The position numbers were made by a program, and so were the translations under genes. 55,245 bases of DNA from Octopus sinensis (taxonomy: Eukaryota), in the NCBI RefSeq assembly GCF_006345805.1, contig NW_021833725.1, positions 1 to 55,245 on the forward strand. The letters run 5' to 3'. Shown here piece after piece: positions 51,216 to 55,245 of this stretch (positions within the stretch are counted from its first letter, which is position 1; the number at the start of each line of letters is the position of its first letter). The notes under the pieces are model-generated. The model saw only the letters and a list, made by a program, of their open reading frames with translations, had not been told where the DNA came from and ran no database searches.

Positions 51216-51554
51216 ATAAACCAACGTGTACACGCACGTGAGAGCAATAACTGCAGAAGCCAGAATTTGTAATTAAGATAAAAATATTTTTCTCATTAAA
51301 GACCACTAATATTATTTATTTATATCTACTTTTCACTTTCAGCTTCCAAGTCCAAAGCAAGTTGTGGCTTAGCGTTCCGCTGTAATAATAATTGGTGCAT
51401 TGATAAAGATCTTATATGTGATAGAATTAACCATTGTGGTGATTATTCGGACGAATCATCAGAAGGACGTGCAAAGTGTGGTAAGTATAAGAATTAGATT
51501 CAATATTTTCTTTATAATTTGTTGGTACAATTCAGTTAATATTATGATTGTTTG

Positions 51555-51840
51555 AGGCGGCGAGCTGGCAAAATTGTTAGCACACCTGAGATTTTGCCTT
51601 TCATCCTTTCGAGGTTGATAAATTAAGTACCAGTTGAGTTTTGGGGTCAATGTAATCGACTTAACCCCCTCCCCTCCAAAATTTCAGGCCTTGTGCCAAA
51701 ATTTGAAGTAATTATTATTTATAGTTCCACCGGGGTCGATTTTACATTTCACCCTTTCAGGGGCGATAAACTGAGTTCCACGACTATCTCCTCCCCAAAA
51801 CATCGGGCCTTGTGCCTATAATAGAAATTATTATTATTAT
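51555..51840 (+). mobile_element. Deleted SINE-A plus a further fragment with (ATT)n tail
   Basis: ggcggcgagctggcaaaattgttagcac head; aaatttcaggccttgtgcc tail. Confidence 0.78.
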
Positions 51841-51844
51841 TATT

Positions 51845-51883
<39 letters not shown>

Positions 51884-52047
51884 ATTATTGAGTGAGAGAG
51901 CAGTGCATGCCATTAAAGTGACACTGGGGTAAAATATACGAAGCCCAATATACCCATCATGACTACTCGTCTGATAAGGGTACACCAGGCACATGCATCA
52001 CAACCATGTGTGCGCGACATGGTGATCTCATAACAAGATAAACAGCG

Positions 52048-52096
<49 letters not shown>

Positions 52097-52108
52097 GTTA
52101 TCGTTGTT

Positions 52109-52141
<33 letters not shown>

Positions 52142-52699
52142 GCTTTTACTGCTGGTTTGTTGTTGAAGTACATTAAATATTTGTCAAATCCGATCCGAGG
52201 TAACAGTTATAAAAGTGTTGCCCATTGTCTGTTAAGGAAATTCCCTAACAGTGCATTGTATAATGTGAATATAAACTAATTTCGTAGACTTGCAAATAAT
52301 ATTTTACATCGGGACCCAAGCTAGAGTCTTTCATTACAATTTTCATTTTTCACTTCAAGCCTCGAATATAGATGTACTTAACGTGTTACGTACACAAATC
52401 CTATGTATTTTTCGTTGTTTTTTTTAATAAATATTGACAAATATTAACGATGCAATCAATTACACACACCTTCGCATTTGGTATCAGGTGATGTTGCCCT
52501 CAATACTCTGCATATTCACCACCTACAGATCACTTACATTCCAATTGTCCGGCTGCTTAATATTCCGGAATCTTCTAATATGCTTTTTGGTGGGATTACT
52601 CTAGGGGTTTAGCTACAGTAAATACACAGTCATGATATGCAGAAAGAAAGAGAGATAGAAAGAGGAGAGAGAGAGATGGGGGAGAGTAAATTCAGTTTG

Positions 52700-53122
52700 A
52701 GATATATTTAGAGCAACAATCCATGTCTTGCAAACATGTTGCACGTGCGAGTGCTACCAGTCAAAAACTCCGCATACCAGAAGCCAGCAAGTGTATGGGG
52801 TCATCAGAAGAGAATGCGCGCCGTTTCGGGGCCTACCTCTCGATGGCAACAATGCGCACCGGACCCCCTCACTGATATGAGGCCCCACTTGCTAGATCAG
52901 CTGGTTATCAAATCAAGCTCAATATTCTTCTAGCCATCGCTCATCGTCTCTTTTTAACCAAATCCAGTGGCAAGCCTTCTCCACTGTAGATTGGATATCA
53001 GTCATGGTGGTATTGACTTTACGATGAGTTAGGCCTAATGATAACAACAGTCGTCTCACACTGTGTCCAACGAACCCTCTACATCCGACTTCGATTGGAA
53101 AATGCTCTGCTTTCCAGCCTAC
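52700..53122 (-). pseudogene. 3' end of a HERO-like RLE non-LTR retrotransposon plus 3' UTR
   Basis: ORF 52919-53122 GWKAEHFPIEVGCRGFVGHSVRRLLLSLGL...VEKACHWIWLKR matches the GW....P.EVGCRGF...AE.AS.W.W.KR signature of HERO-type elements. Confidence 0.85.
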
Positions 53123-53133
53123 ATAAACATATA

Positions 53134-53367
53134 CAAGGTTGGCCAAAAGTCACCCGACCATAAATCAAAATTCCAGAGATAGTATCTGTAATTTTGTATT
53201 GACTCGAATGGAAAAATGTGTCGCTCAAGAAGGACTTCATTTTAAACAACTTTCATAATGTTTCATATTTAGTTGCTTTTATTAAATTCATTCAGTTGTT
53301 AAACATACATAAATCTTGGAATTAAATGGGTTTTGATTTACTGTCAGGTGACTTTTGGCCAACCCTG
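53134..53367. mobile_element. Tc1/mariner-type MITE, 234 bp
   Basis: ~37-bp TIRs caaggttggccaaaagtcacccgaccataaatcaaaa / ttttgatttactgtcaggtgacttttggccaaccctg with TA on both sides. Confidence 0.9.
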
Positions 53368-53963
53368 TATGTAAGTGTATATGTGTGTATGTATGTGTGT
53401 GTATATGTGTGTGTTTTTGTGTTTGTGCGTCTGTTTGTCTGTGTGTTCGTTTAGAACGGCTTATATTTGTTAGGGAGATATAAACTTGACTGATCTCAAC
53501 ATTTCAAGTTCTAGGTAAGTCTCAAATATGTTTAATACTACTACTACTAACTACTACTACTACTACTACTACAATATATATATTTTTTTTCTCTCCCTTC
53601 TCTCTCTCCTTCTCTTATCTCCTCTCTTTCGTACACTTTTTCGTACTAATTAACCATGACCGATTTCTTCCGCCAAAATAATGATTTCAATATATATCTT
53701 TCGTATCCGCTCTTCTCTTTCTGTAAATTAAACGTTCAATGTAATAGATAATAACCCTAGATTTTTTATGATATCCTACTGATAAGGTCCGTCTATATCG
53801 AATTAACAGCTATATATAAACGTTAAAATCTATAACGAGAGAGTGATGAAATCAGGGACACAATGGGAAGGGTCTGATGTGTACAGTTGCGGTAGGAGTC
53901 TGTAGTGTGTGATCAGGAGTGTGTATCTGAAAACCCAATACTAAGCCACTTTTTTTCTGTTTA

Positions 53964-53997
<34 letters not shown>

Positions 53998-54004
<7 letters not shown>

Positions 54005-54305
54005 ATCACGTGACCGACCAGACCATCAGATGTTGTTACACATCGCTGGTCACAATGCGTTCGCATTGTTTTAGCCCTCGAATGACGCCACCCGGCTGGC
54101 TAAGCGAGCAGGCCAACAGATGAAAGAGTGGGAGAAAGAGTGGTGAAAGAGTACAGCAGGGATCACCACCCCCTGCCGGAGCCTCGTGGAGCTTTTTAGA
54201 TGTTTTCACTCAATAAACACACACAACGCCCGGTCTGGGAATCGAAACCGCGATCCTGCGACCGCGAGTCCGCTGCCCTAACCACTAGGCCATTGCGCCT
54301 CCACA
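53998..54305 (-). mobile_element. SINE-C with tail type 3
   Basis: Near-identical to 45381-45688. Confidence 0.9.
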
Positions 54306-54592
54306 CTAGATATATATATATACACACACACACACAAACACATACGAGACCCTAATGGCATTCGTACCTATCAAATCTTTCTTTTGTTAGAAATATATAT
54401 ATACCTTTATATTCTTTAGCATACGCATATAATATATAAAAATATAATAAATCATTATGCAAAAACTAATATTTCCATCACATTCATCAGTATATAACAC
54501 ATGAAAAGTATCTCCCACGCACACATATATACATAGACCAATATATCATACATGTACACATACACACGCAAAGATATATAAATATAGATATT

Positions 54593-54659
<67 letters not shown>

Positions 54660-55245
54660 CATATATATATACATATTTATATATTAAATATGAATATATA
54701 TTATTATATATCATATATAAAACGCAATATATTTATGGTGTCCGTAATTAATATTTTACGAGGTTATAGGTTCTAATAACGACATTTTGTTATCAGCCAG
54801 ACGTATTTTAGCGGGAAAAGCACTTCTCCCTAATGCACACACCCCTGCGGAAATATTCCAGTTTTTTTTCTCTGAATTTTTTTTCGTTTTTTTCGTTTAT
54901 ATATGTTATTAATGTTTAGATTGATTAATATTCATTATCTGATATAATTAGAGCAATATATAGTGTTGAAAATTTAATGAATAATTATGCGTGTATAATA
55001 TGACAGTGGATATATATATATATATATCTTCATATATATATATTCATTGAAAATTTTGAGTGTGTATGTATTTGTATAAATAATTATGTACATTTGTGTG
55101 TGATAGTGTTTCTTCGGCCTATTTAATTAATAATTTATCGATTTAATTTGTGACTCTGTAATTTAGCATCTACTCTGTATTTATAGAAAAATCATGTAGG
55201 TTCGACAGTTTCCAAATCTTTGTGTCATATTCTCGTTAATTGAAT

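Noticed and set aside
53474-53514. Possible 41-nt exon (ttgttag...ctag|gtaagt)
   Set aside because: Weak acceptor, asymmetric phase, no partner exon

Overview
AT-rich eukaryotic DNA, almost entirely non-coding and very dense in microsatellites ((TA)n, (CA)n, (ACAT)n, (GATA)n, (ATT)n, (AGT)n). From memory the repeat families resemble octopus/coleoid cephalopod repeats; this is inference, not a search result. The window holds about 35 copies or fragments of four tRNA-derived SINE types (working labels A-D), many nested, multimeric or inverted, several with clear target-site duplications (TSDs). It also contains decayed non-LTR retrotransposon 3' ends (one R4/Dong-like and one HERO-like restriction-like endonuclease element, two RTE-clade pieces), two mariner transposase pseudogenes, Tc1/mariner and hAT-type MITEs, two non-autonomous Helitron-like elements and a 37-bp x ~31.5 minisatellite. 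Nearly all ORFs in the supplied track are microsatellite or SINE artefacts. No complete host gene is visible. A few small candidate exons, the best a 39-nt symmetric + strand microexon at 19346-19384, suggest the window may be intronic. I found no CRISPR array and no clearly new multi-gene system. The most notable signals are modular SINE tail swapping, recurrent SINE-A dimer junctions, closely spaced inverted repeats (possible dsRNA/ADAR substrates), degenerate hammerhead-like motifs and the 37-bp array. Coordinates were counted by hand; the ends of diverged copies are approximate.
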